Source of the DNA: Phenylobacterium sp.
GTDB taxonomy: Bacteria; Pseudomonadota; Alphaproteobacteria; Caulobacterales; Caulobacteraceae
Assembly: GCF_030698145.1 (NCBI RefSeq)
Contig: NZ_JAUYNW010000047.1
Coordinates: 15,618-79,617, forward strand
Direction of reading: 5' to 3'
Length of the DNA: 64,000 bases
Shown here in pieces: positions 8,959 through 18,901 of the stretch. The position numbers and the translations under genes were made by a program. A model generated the notes under the pieces. The model saw only the letters and a list, made by a program, of their open reading frames with translations. It did no database searches and was not told the origin of the DNA. The first letter of the stretch is position 1. Every line of letters starts with the position of its first letter.

Positions 8959-9980
8959 GAGGTCTGGTCCACTAGCCGGCCGGCCTCGGGCGCGCGCGTC
9001 GGCGGCGCCCCGGCATGGACGGCGACCTCGGCGTGGAGTTGCACGGCGGCCAGGGCCGCGGTCAGCAGGTCCTGGTCGGCGCGCAACCGTTCCAGGCCCT
9101 CTGCGCGCTCGGCCCACAGGCTGACGCCGGCCTGGGCGCCGGTGAGGCTGACACGGGCGTGGATCGGCCCCAGGGGTTCGGCGTCGAGTGAAAAGGCCGC
9201 GCGCCAGACGGGCTCGAGTTCGCCGGTCTCGCCACGAGCGTCTCGGCTGACCTCGAACTGGGCGGCCCCGGCGCCCTGGGGCGTCACGAAGGGCATTTCG
9301 AACATCCAGCGGGTCACCTGGGCCTCGGGACCCGACTCCACGGGCAGGGAGGCGATCTGCAGGAGCTGCTGACGGCCGAGGGCGGCCTCGGTCTCCTGAA
9401 GAAGTTCCTGACCGACGGCGACCGGAGAGCCGCCCGGCGACAGCTTGCTGACCGCCGGCGGCTGGACGCGGGTTCCGCCCGCGCGATAGGGCGGCGGCGG
9501 GGCGGCGCTCTTGCGGCCCTGGGCGGGGGGCGCCGCGCCGATCCAGGTCGACAGGGCCTGGCGCAGGATCAGCAGGCCGGCCTTGAGATCCTGGCCGACG
9601 GGCGAGGCGAACGGCGCGGCGGCGAGATTGGCTTCCAGGAACAGGCCCGAGCGGGCCATGGCCTTGGCCACCGCCGGGGCGCCGACCTGGCTGGTCAGCG
9701 GCGGGGCGTAAGCCAAGACCCGGACGGCGGCGTCGCGCACTGGGCCCGGAAGGATCTGGTCCTCGGCCGCCTGGGCGAGGTCGGCGATCAGCGGCGCGAG
9801 GCCGCCCTGGCGCGCTGCGGCGGTCTGGGTGACTTCAGCCACGGCCAGAGCCTGGATCTGGGCGGGATTGAGTTCCGGCAGCGGTGTCGAGACGTGCACG
9901 GTCGCGGCGACGGCGCGGACCGGCGTCACCGGAATGGTCAGGTTGGGCTGCGATACGCCCGTGATCGGTGCGATCGTCAC
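8955..9980 (-). CDS. fliK: Flagellar hook-length control FliK-like protein
   Basis: Pro/Ala-rich N-part; ARSGLFLEANL; C-terminal WRAAFSLDAEPLGPIHARVSL...VSLWAE T3S4-like domain; coupled to the FlhB-C gene. Confidence 0.72.
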   Translation of the reverse strand: MTIAPITGVSQPNLTIPVTPVRAVAATVHVSTPLPELNPAQIQALAVAEVTQTAAARQGGLAPLIADLAQAAEDQILPGPVRDAAVRVLAYAPPLTSQVGAPAVAKAMARSGLFLEANLAAAPFASPVGQDLKAGLLILRQALSTWIGAAPPAQGRKSAAPPPPYRAGGTRVQPPAVSKLSPGGSPVAVGQELLQETEAALGRQQLLQIASLPVESGPEAQVTRWMFEMPFVTPQGAGAAQFEVSRDARGETGELEPVWRAAFSLDAEPLGPIHARVSLTGAQAGVSLWAERAEGLERLRADQDLLTAALAAVQLHAEVAVHAGAPPTRAPEAGRLVDQTS

Positions 9981-10026
9981 GACGGGCCTGCCAGGTTAAA
10001 TCCGCCGGGATCATAGAATCGCGGAG

Positions 10027-10041
10027 TGAAGCGGGGCTTAA
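10027..10041. promoter_or_regulatory. Candidate CtrA box between fliK and rsmA
   Basis: TGAA-GCGGGGC-TTAA, one mismatch to TTAA-N7-TTAA; an extra GTTAA half-site near 9995. Confidence 0.5.
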
Positions 10042-10071
10042 GGACTTGATATTCCGGTGCTAGGGAGGGGG

Positions 10072-10899
10072 GTGACACAGACCCTGGCTGACCTACCCCC
10101 GCTCCGCGAGACCCTGGCCGAGCACGGCCTGATGGCCAAGAAGAGCTTCGGCCAGCATTTCCTGCTGGACCTCAACATCACCCGCAAGATCGCCCGGCTG
10201 GCCCAGGTGGGCCAAGGCGATCACGTGATCGAGGTCGGCCCCGGACCGGGCGGCCTGACCCGCGCTCTGCTGGAGACCGGCGCGAGGGTCACGGCCATCG
10301 AGAAGGACCCGCGTTTCCTGCCCCTGCTGGAGGACTTGGCGACGGTGGCTGGCGGGGCCCTGGCGATCCGGGTGGAGGATGCGCTCGGCGCCGACGAGAC
10401 GGCTCTGGCCCAGGGCGCGCCGGCCCATGTGGTGTCCAACCTGCCCTACAATGTTGGCACGGCGCTCTTGATCAAGTGGCTGACCGGGACATTCACCCCC
10501 GCCTCCATGACCTTGATGTTCCAGAAGGAAGTGGCCGAGCGCGTGGTCGCCCTGCCAGGCGACGACGCCTATGGCCGCTTGTCGGTCCTGGCCCAGGCCA
10601 CGGCCCACGCGGCTCTGGTCATGGATGTCGGGCCCCGCGCCTTCACCCCGCCGCCCAAGGTCTCGTCGGCGGTCATCCACCTGACCCCGCGCGTCGACCG
10701 TCCCGCGCCCGAACGGCTGGCCGCCCTGCAGGCGATCACCGCCGCGGCGTTCGGCCAGCGCCGGAAGATGCTGCGCTCGAGCCTGAAGGTGCTGGGCGGC
10801 GACGCCCTGTGCGCCAAGGTCGGGATCGCGCCGGAAGCGCGGGCGGAGACGATTTCCGTAGAAGGATTCCTGGCGCTCGCCGACGCCTGGCGAGGTTAG
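10072..10899 (+). CDS. rsmA: 16S rRNA adenine dimethyltransferase RsmA/KsgA
   Basis: KKSFGQHFLLD, EVGPGPGGLT, VVSNLPYN, MFQKEVA, AFTPPPKVSS and FGQRRKML motifs. Confidence 0.97.
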   Translation: MTQTLADLPPLRETLAEHGLMAKKSFGQHFLLDLNITRKIARLAQVGQGDHVIEVGPGPGGLTRALLETGARVTAIEKDPRFLPLLEDLATVAGGALAIRVEDALGADETALAQGAPAHVVSNLPYNVGTALLIKWLTGTFTPASMTLMFQKEVAERVVALPGDDAYGRLSVLAQATAHAALVMDVGPRAFTPPPKVSSAVIHLTPRVDRPAPERLAALQAITAAAFGQRRKMLRSSLKVLGGDALCAKVGIAPEARAETISVEGFLALADAWRG

Positions 10900-11162
10900 T
10901 CGCCGCCACCGCCTCCACCGCCATCCGAGTCGCCGTAGTCGCCGTCCCAGTCGCTGCCGCCCCCCGACGAGCCTCTTCCGCGCCGTCGACGGACGACACC
11001 CAGCATCGCCAGGCCTACGATCACGGCGACGACACCGATGGCGGCCCACACCATCTGGCCGCTCATGAAGCTGCCCGGCAGGAAGCCGATCCCCTGCAGG
11101 ATCCAGATGACACCGACGCCGCACAAGACGGCCCCTAGCACCTTGACGATTCCAGTCGACAT
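10896..11162 (-). CDS. Small two-TM membrane protein with Gly/Asp-rich tail
   Basis: ATG overlaps the tauE TAA (TAATG); VIWILQGIGFLPGSFMSG loop; tail GSSGGGSDWDGDYGDSDGGGGGGGD. Confidence 0.7.
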   Translation of the reverse strand: MSTGIVKVLGAVLCGVGVIWILQGIGFLPGSFMSGQMVWAAIGVVAVIVGLAMLGVVRRRRGRGSSGGGSDWDGDYGDSDGGGGGGGD

Positions 11163-11956
11163 TACATGCCCCCCGCCAGGGCCGCGGCCCCGTCCCAGGC
11201 GAGTTTGGCGCCGACGATCACCAGCAGGCCATACACGATTTGGTAGAACCGCTCGGCGGGGACCCGGCGCACAAGCCAGACCCCGGCCCAGGTCGAGGCG
11301 ATGGCCAGCGGCAGCAGGACAGCCGCCGTGCCCAAGGCCTGGGGCGTGAATTGACCCAGGGCCCAATAGGCCGGAACCTTCATCCAGTTGACCACGGCGA
11401 AGAAGATCGCGCTGGTGCCCACGAACACGTCGCGGGGCAGGCGCTTGGGCATGACGTAAATCTGGAACGGGGGCCCGCCGGCATGGGCGAGCTGGCTGGT
11501 GAAGCCCGCCGCAACGCCCGCCAGAACACCCCGCCAGGGGAGTCTCTCACGCCGCGGCTCCGCGACCGGCGCGCCTGCCCGATCCAGCCACAGTCGCTGG
11601 AGGGAGAAGACCACCGCGATCGCGCCGACCGCCAGCTCCACAGCGCCCGGCCTGACGAATGCGGCCAGGGCATAGCCCAGCCCGATGCCCGCCGCGGCGC
11701 TGGGCAGCATGAGGATCAGCACGCCCTTGTCCCAGGTCTTGCGGAAGGCCGAGACGCTGATCACGTCCTGGACGATCAGGATCGGCAGGGTGATGGACGC
11801 CGCCAGCACTGGCGAGATCGCCAGCGCCATCAGCGGCACGGCGATCACCCCCATGCCGGAGAACCCGCCCTTGGCCAGGCCCAGGAGGATCACCGCAGGG
11901 ACGGCCACCAGATAGAAGAGCGGATCGGTAAGGATCGGCAGGTCAGCGACCGTCAC
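11162..11956 (-). CDS. Sulfite exporter TauE/SafE family membrane protein
   Basis: GLAKGGFSG, AHAGGPP and VVNWMKVPAY motifs; about 8 TM segments. Confidence 0.88.
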   Translation of the reverse strand: MTVADLPILTDPLFYLVAVPAVILLGLAKGGFSGMGVIAVPLMALAISPVLAASITLPILIVQDVISVSAFRKTWDKGVLILMLPSAAAGIGLGYALAAFVRPGAVELAVGAIAVVFSLQRLWLDRAGAPVAEPRRERLPWRGVLAGVAAGFTSQLAHAGGPPFQIYVMPKRLPRDVFVGTSAIFFAVVNWMKVPAYWALGQFTPQALGTAAVLLPLAIASTWAGVWLVRRVPAERFYQIVYGLLVIVGAKLAWDGAAALAGGM

Positions 11957-11960
11957 GCGG

Positions 11961-12143
11961 TCACCGGCGCTTGCCCAGTTCGGTGGCGATGTCCTTGACG
12001 TTGTGGCCGACCTTCTTGTGGGCGGCGGCGATCTGGTCGGCCGTCACGCCCCAGCGCTTGGCCCAGAACGCCACCTCGTGGCGCTCGCGGATGTCGATGC
12101 GGGGATTGTCGCGGAAGTCCCGCTTGCCCTTGGGTTCAGCCAT
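11961..12143 (-). CDS. DUF3606 family small protein
   Basis: RIDIRERHEVAFWAKRWGVTADQIAAAHKKVG pattern; GGAG RBS upstream of ATG 12143. Confidence 0.8.
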   Translation of the reverse strand: MAEPKGKRDFRDNPRIDIRERHEVAFWAKRWGVTADQIAAAHKKVGHNVKDIATELGKRR

Positions 12144-12206
12144 GATCGTCTCCTGCCCGCCGGGTCTAGCCCGATTCCGGCCTCGATTTCCGCGCGCCGC
12201 CGTTAT

Positions 12207-12219
12207 CGTACGACGTGCG
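12207..12219. promoter_or_regulatory. Candidate TetR operator
   Basis: Near-palindrome CGTAC-GAC-GTGCG in the divergent gap between DUF3606 and tetR. Confidence 0.35.
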
Positions 12220-12246
12220 GCGTTTCCTATGTTTAGGTCGAACGCC

Positions 12247-13014
12247 ATGACCGCCGACTCGTCCTCCGCTGGCGATCCCAGACGCAGCCTCGAGCTGCTC
12301 TGGGGACTCGCCCCCGTCCGCCGCCGCGGGCCGCGCCCGCGCCACAGCGTCGAGCAGATCGCGGTCGCCGCCATCGAGCTGGCCGACGCCGAGGGCCTGT
12401 CGGCGCTCTCCATGCGCCGGGTCGCCGACCGGCTGAAGGTCGCCACCATGTCGCTCTACACCTACGTGCCGTCCAAGGCCGAGCTGATCGACGTGATGCT
12501 GGACCGGGTCTATGGCGAGACGCCCAAGGCCTATGCGCCGGGCTCCAGCTGGCGCGCCCGCCTGGAGCAGGTCGCCCGGGACAACTGGGATCTCTATCAC
12601 CGCCATCCGTGGATGCTGCAGGTGGTGATGCACCGACCGGTGCTTGGTCCCAACATGATCGCCAAGTTCGATTTCGAGCTGCGGGCCATCGACGGCCAGG
12701 GGTTGCGCGACCTGGAGATGGACCATGTGATCAGCCTGATCTCCAACTATGTGCACGGCGCGGCGCGCAGCGCCGTCGAGGCCATGCAGGCCGAGAGCCG
12801 CACCGGCATCAGCGACGCCCAGTGGTGGGAGATCAGCGGGCCGTTGCTGGAGAAGGTGTTCGATCCCACGCAGTTTCCCACCGCCGCCAGGGTCGGGGCC
12901 GCGGCGGGCGAGGCCTATGAGGCGGTGGGCGATCCCGAGCGCGCCTTCGCCTTCGGCCTGGACCGGGTGTTGGATGGGCTCGAGGCCCTCATCGCGAAAC
13001 GCTCGGCCGGCTGA
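12247..13014 (+). CDS. TetR/AcrR family regulator with TetR_C-type C-terminal domain
   Basis: HTH region AAIELADAEGLSALSMRRVADRLKVATMSLYTYVPSKAEL; C-terminal FAFGLDRVLDG. Confidence 0.93.
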   Translation: MTADSSSAGDPRRSLELLWGLAPVRRRGPRPRHSVEQIAVAAIELADAEGLSALSMRRVADRLKVATMSLYTYVPSKAELIDVMLDRVYGETPKAYAPGSSWRARLEQVARDNWDLYHRHPWMLQVVMHRPVLGPNMIAKFDFELRAIDGQGLRDLEMDHVISLISNYVHGAARSAVEAMQAESRTGISDAQWWEISGPLLEKVFDPTQFPTAARVGAAAGEAYEAVGDPERAFAFGLDRVLDGLEALIAKRSAG

Positions 13015-13354
13015 GCACGAAAGCCGCGCAGGCCGCCAGGGCTGCGGCCACCGCCACCGCCAGCCAGGGCTGGGGATGGGCCGCTGCGAAGAACACCGCG
13101 AAACCGAAGACCATGCCGGCGCAGGCCATGACCTTGGCCGGACGGGGGATGACGCCGTGCTCGCGCCATGCCCGCAGGGTGGGGCCGAACCGATTATGGT
13201 TCATCAGCCAGGCCTCCAGGCGCGGTGAGGACCGCGCGAAGCAGCCCGCCGCGAGGATGAGGAACACGGTGGTGGGCAGCAGCGGCACGAAGGCGCCCAC
13301 GACGCCGAGCGCCATGAAGGAGAGGCCGAGGAGCAGGAACAGGGTTCGCGACAT
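12989..13354 (-). CDS. ybaN: YbaN / DUF454 family inner-membrane protein
   Basis: GAFVPLLPTTVFLILAAGCFARSSPRLEAWL..H..FGP signature. Confidence 0.9.
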   Translation of the reverse strand: MSRTLFLLLGLSFMALGVVGAFVPLLPTTVFLILAAGCFARSSPRLEAWLMNHNRFGPTLRAWREHGVIPRPAKVMACAGMVFGFAVFFAAAHPQPWLAVAVAAALAACAAFVLSRPSVSR

Positions 13355-13382
13355 GCCGTCCGACCCTCTACGAGAAACGCAA

Positions 13383-13401
13383 GTTGCGAAAGACCCGCAA
13401 C
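13383..13401. promoter_or_regulatory. Candidate Fur box upstream of ybaN
   Basis: 19-bp inverted repeat GTTGCG-AAAGACC-CGCAAC, resembling Caulobacter-type TGCGA-N5-TCGCA Fur sites. Confidence 0.6.
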
Positions 13402-13408
13402 TGCGATT

Positions 13409-13849
13409 TCAACCGCGGCTGGCGACGCGGGCGGCGAGCGCGGTGTTGACCGCCTCATAGGCCGGCGTGAAATCCCGAGCGATGCGCTCGGCGCTCCACG
13501 TCGCCGGCAGCAGGCCGGAGAGCACCTCGGTGTGGACAAGCCGCGTGGCGGCGTGTTCCAGCGTCAGCAGGAAGCTGTGGCGGCCCTTGAAGATCAGCGG
13601 CACGTTTCCGGCCCAGGCCAGTTCGCGCCCGGGTTCGGCGGCGACGATGCGGACGGTCTGGCGAATGACGCCGCCCGGGGCCCCGGCGAGGTTGCGAAAC
13701 ACCATCGCCACCCGCGCGCCCAGCCGGGCTTCGCCCCTGGCTTCGAGGTTCAGCGGATTCCACTCGGAATAGCGCGCGAAGTCGGCCAGCACCGCCCAAA
13801 CCTGCTCGGGACTGGCGGGAATCAGGGCCTCGGTGCGGATGCTGTGCAT
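13409..13849 (-). CDS. SRPBCC (polyketide cyclase/START-like) protein
   Basis: IPASPEQVWAVLADFARYSEWNP, RELAWAG and HTEVLSGLL motifs. Confidence 0.85.
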   Translation of the reverse strand: MHSIRTEALIPASPEQVWAVLADFARYSEWNPLNLEARGEARLGARVAMVFRNLAGAPGGVIRQTVRIVAAEPGRELAWAGNVPLIFKGRHSFLLTLEHAATRLVHTEVLSGLLPATWSAERIARDFTPAYEAVNTALAARVASRG

Positions 13850-13852
13850 GGG

Positions 13853-14494
13853 TTAGCGGGTCACCGTTATGGGGAACGTGTGGGCTTCGACGCCGAACGT
13901 GACCTTCACGGTGATGGACGTGACGTCCTTGGGCAACGCCCCAAGCCCCAGATCGGTCATATGCTCCTCTCCAGGCCGGATGGTCTGGGCGAGAAAGCCG
14001 ACATTCGATGCGGCTTCGATGGCCGCCGCCCCGGCGATCTGTGCTTCCAGGATTCCGCGTTCACCGCTTGGGTCCGGCCGGGTTGGATTGTCGCGCATGG
14101 CCGCGCCCATGGCGCCGATGGCGGCCCAGCGGCGCGCGCTCTTCTCGCGCTTGATGGCGTCAGCCTCGACGGCCGCCACGATCTCATCGCGCGTCCAGAG
14201 GGTCAGCATCTCGCCCGTCTGCGTCGTGACCTGCACATTGTCGGGCAGCAAGGTGATCGAGGTCGGCCCCTTGTTCTTCACGCCCAGGCGCACGGACGGA
14301 TAGTCGCGCTCATCGAGGGTGGCGCGGTCGATGAGGATCGCGGCCTCGGTCCGTGCAAGGCTGGACATCGCGCCCGCCCTGCCCTGGCGGTACTCGACCG
14401 GCGCTCCCATCGTCTCGACCAGGTTGATCCTGATCGGGGCGGCGAGCGCCGGAGTCGCGACGAGGACCGCGGCGGCGAAGATCAGGTGTCTCAT
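13853..14494 (-). CDS. Hypothetical exported protein
   Basis: Sec signal MRHLIFAAAVLVATPALA; strong GAGGA RBS; no family recognised. Confidence 0.7.
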   Translation of the reverse strand: MRHLIFAAAVLVATPALAAPIRINLVETMGAPVEYRQGRAGAMSSLARTEAAILIDRATLDERDYPSVRLGVKNKGPTSITLLPDNVQVTTQTGEMLTLWTRDEIVAAVEADAIKREKSARRWAAIGAMGAAMRDNPTRPDPSGERGILEAQIAGAAAIEAASNVGFLAQTIRPGEEHMTDLGLGALPKDVTSITVKVTFGVEAHTFPITVTR

Positions 14495-14577
14495 GGTTTC
14501 CTCCCCACGGCGCCAAGCTAGACCTTGGCGAACACACGGGGAAGGTGTGTCGGATTGGTTGCGAAGGCCTTACCGAC

Positions 14578-15231
14578 CTATTCGCCCAGCAGACCCTCGA
14601 CGAATTCCGGGAGCCAGGTATTGCGGCCGGGCTTCATCCGCTCGGCGCGGTAGATGTGTCCGAGGTCCGCATAGGCGCGGTCGAAGTTCTTGTTCACGAT
14701 CACGTAGTCGTAGAGGCCCCAGTGGGCGATCTCTTCCTTGCCGAGCAAAAGGCGCTGGGCGATCACCTCTTCGCTGTCCTGGGCGCGGGCGTGCAGCCGG
14801 CGCGACAGGTCCTCCCATGAGGGGGGCAGGATGAAGACGCGGACGCTGTCGTCGGGCGCCTTCTCGGCGATCTGCTTGGCTCCCTGCCAGTCGATGTCGA
14901 ACAGGACATCCTTGCCTTCCAGCAAGGCCTCCATCACGGCGGCGCCGGGGGTGCCATAGAGGTTGCCGTTGACCTCGGCCCATTCCAGGAACCCGCCCTC
15001 GGCGATCTTGGCCTCGAAGGCCGCGCGGTCGGCGAAGAAGTACTCCCGCCCCTCCTCCTCGCCCGGCCGCGCCGCCCGCGTGGTCCAGGAGATCGACAGG
15101 GTCATGTCAGCGTGGTCGGCCACCAGTCGGCGCGACAGCGAGGTCTTGCCCGCGCCGGCCGGGCTGGACACCAGCAACAGCAGGCCGCGCCGCTGGGTCT
15201 CCCAAGGCTTGGCGTCCCCATCACTCGACAT
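14578..15231 (-). CDS. gmk: Guanylate kinase
   Basis: SSPAGAGKTSL P-loop, TTRAARPGEEEGREYFF, GNLYGT, DIDWQG. Confidence 0.97.
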   Translation of the reverse strand: MSSDGDAKPWETQRRGLLLLVSSPAGAGKTSLSRRLVADHADMTLSISWTTRAARPGEEEGREYFFADRAAFEAKIAEGGFLEWAEVNGNLYGTPGAAVMEALLEGKDVLFDIDWQGAKQIAEKAPDDSVRVFILPPSWEDLSRRLHARAQDSEEVIAQRLLLGKEEIAHWGLYDYVIVNKNFDRAYADLGHIYRAERMKPGRNTWLPEFVEGLLGE

Positions 15232-16102
15232 TCTGCACCTGCTCACGGAATTGCTCGATCGTGGCCTTGAGGTCCAGGCCGACAGTGGTCAGGGCCGACA
15301 GAGCTGACTTCGAACACAGGGTGTTGGCCTCACGCATGAATTCCTGCGTGAGGAAGTCCAGCCGGCGGCCCGAAGGCCCCTCGCCGGCGATCAGCGACCG
15401 CGCGCCATCGATGTGCCCGGCCAGGCGATCGAGCTCTTCGCGGACATCGGCCTTCACCGCCATGGCGGCGGCCTCGGTGACGATCCGCTCGACAGGCGCG
15501 GCCTCGCCCAGCAGCTCCGACATCCGGGTCTCGAAGCGGGCCTTGAGCGCGGCCGGCTGGCCGCCGGCGACGTCACCGGCCTGGCGCACCAGGATGTCGA
15601 TACGGTCGACGAGGGTGGTCAGGACGCCGGTCAGGGCGACGCCCTCTTCCCGGCGGGCCTCGGCCAGGCCTTCCAGCGCCGCGCCCAGCGACAGGGCCAT
15701 GGCGGCCTCGATGGCGCTCTGCGCCTCGGGATCGTCGACGGTTTCGGCGGCTTCCACGACGCCGCGCAGGGCCAATAGGCCATCGAGGCTGGGCGGCGCC
15801 ACCTTGCCGGCCGCCACCAGGGCCGAGCCGGCCTCCAGATAGCGTTCGATCTGGTCGAGATTGATCCGGACCTGAGCGCCGCTCTCGCCGCGCTTGGCCT
15901 GGACACCGATGGTCACCTGACCTCGAGCGAAGCGGGCCTGGGTCCCCTCGCGGGCGACCCGTTCCAGCGTGTCGAAGCCGGGGGGACCTCGGAACCGGAT
16001 CTCCAGGTTGCGGCCGTTGACCGAGCGGGCCTCCACCGACCAGCTCCAGTCCTCCGCCGCGCCCTCGGCCCGGCCAAAGCCGGTCATTCCATTCAGCGAC
16101 AT
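15221..16102 (-). CDS. yicC: YicC/YloC family endoribonuclease
   Basis: MTGFGR, RSVNGRNL, KADVREELDRL, GRRLDFLTQEFMREANTLCSKS, EQFREQVQNVE. Confidence 0.95.
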   Translation of the reverse strand: MSLNGMTGFGRAEGAAEDWSWSVEARSVNGRNLEIRFRGPPGFDTLERVAREGTQARFARGQVTIGVQAKRGESGAQVRINLDQIERYLEAGSALVAAGKVAPPSLDGLLALRGVVEAAETVDDPEAQSAIEAAMALSLGAALEGLAEARREEGVALTGVLTTLVDRIDILVRQAGDVAGGQPAALKARFETRMSELLGEAAPVERIVTEAAAMAVKADVREELDRLAGHIDGARSLIAGEGPSGRRLDFLTQEFMREANTLCSKSALSALTTVGLDLKATIEQFREQVQNVE

Positions 16103-16104
16103 GG

Positions 16105-17162
16105 CTAGCGGTCCTTCAGGGCCTTGGCCCGGTCCTTCAGCGCCTCGACCTCGCGCTTGCGCTCAATGGCCCGCCAGCGCTCGACGTTCTTCAGGTGCTC
16201 GTCATAGGTGGCGGCGAAGACATGGCCGCCCGTGCCGTCGGCGACGAAGAACAGCGCGTCGGACTTGGGCGGGTCCAGCACGGCGGCAAGGGCCGCGCGG
16301 CCCGGATTGGCGATGGGCGTCGGGGGCAGGCCGTCGATCTGGTAGGTGTTATAGGGGTTGGGCGCGGCGAGCTCCGAGGCGCGAAGACCCCGGCCCAGCG
16401 GCTTGCCGCCGGTCAGGCCGTAGATGATGGTCGGGTCGCTCTCCAGCCGCATCCCAACGCGCAGGCGGTTGACGAACACCGAGGCCACTCTCGGCCGTTC
16501 GGACGCGACGCCGGTCTCCTTCTCCACGATGGAGGCCAGCGTCACCGCTTCCTCCGGCGTGGAGATCGGCAGGCCGGGCTGGCGCTTGGACCACAACATG
16601 CCCAGCAGCTCCTCGCGGGCGTCCATCATCCGCTTCAGCACCGCTGCGCGGTCCTCGCCGCGTTCGAACTGGTAGGTCTCGGGCAGGATCGAGCCCTCGG
16701 GCGGCGCGGGCGCGTCGCCGGTCAGCTCGGGCTTGGCGGCCAGGGCCTCGACCACGGCCTCGGAGGTCATGCCCTCGGGCACGGTGATCTGGTGGACGAC
16801 GATGCGGCCGTCGCGAATGTCGTCCAGGATGCTGGCCATGGAGGCGCGGCTCTTGAACTCGTACTCGCCGGCCTTGAGCGAGCGGGCCGAGCCGGTGATC
16901 TGGGCGGCGGCGGCGAAGATGGCGTCGGAGCGCACAACGCCGGCGCGTTCCAGGGTCGAGGCGATCTCCGAGACGCCGGCGCCCTTGCGCAGCAGGACCT
17001 GGGTGGTTTCGCCGCTCTTCGCCTCGGGGCCGGGGCCCTGGTAGGACCAGAGCGCCCAGACGAACAGCAGGATGACGGCGGCCGCCAGGGTGGCCGCGGC
17101 GCTGGCCAGCACGATGATCAGGCGGCGCGTGGGCGACAGACCGCCGCGACGGGCTGAGCGGC

Positions 17163-17166
<4 letters not shown>
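16105..17166 (-). CDS. mltG: Endolytic transglycosylase MltG
   Basis: N-terminal TM; LKAGEY, TLASIVEKET, LESDPT, PYNTY..DGLPPTPIANPG. Confidence 0.96.
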
Positions 17167-18446
<1,280 letters not shown>

Positions 18447-18457
18447 GAGCGGGTCTC

Positions 18458-18498
18458 CAAACGCAGACCGCCGCGAGCTCCGAGGAGCGACGCGGCGG
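18458..18498 (-). terminator. Hairpin between acpP and fabF (partial terminator or processing site)
   Basis: CCGCCGCG...CGCGGCGG stem followed on the minus strand by TCTGCGTTT. Confidence 0.45.
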
Positions 18499-18522
18499 CC
18501 GAAACTTCAATGATTTCCGAGC

Positions 18523-18762
18523 TTAGGCGCCCAGACGTTCACCGATGAACTTCACCGCGTCGCCAACGGTCTGGATGTGCTCCGCCGCGTCGTCGGGAAT
18601 TTCGATATCGAACTCTTCTTCAAAGGCCATGACGAGTTCGACGTTGTCGAGGCTGTCAGCGCCCAGGTCGTCGATAAAGCTCGCCTTCTCGGTGACCTTC
18701 TCCGGATCGGCGTCGAGGTGTTCGATGACGATCTTGCGCACGCGCTCGAGGATGTCGGACAT
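18523..18762 (-). CDS. acpP: Acyl carrier protein
   Basis: [12 protein letters not shown]...[27 protein letters not shown]; DSL phosphopantetheine site. Confidence 0.98.
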   Translation of the reverse strand: MSDILERVRKIVIEHLDADPEKVTEKASFIDDLGADSLDNVELVMAFEEEFDIEIPDDAAEHIQTVGDAVKFIGERLGA

Positions 18763-18901
18763 TCGCTTAAGTCCCTGTTGTTCAACTGATCCATCCGTGA
18801 CGGCCGACGAGTTGTCAACCGCAACGGAACTGGGCTTCGAGACCTTCGCCTCGCCGGTTCGGGCGTCGCCGTAGCATGATCGCCACGCCCATGCCAACCG
18901 G

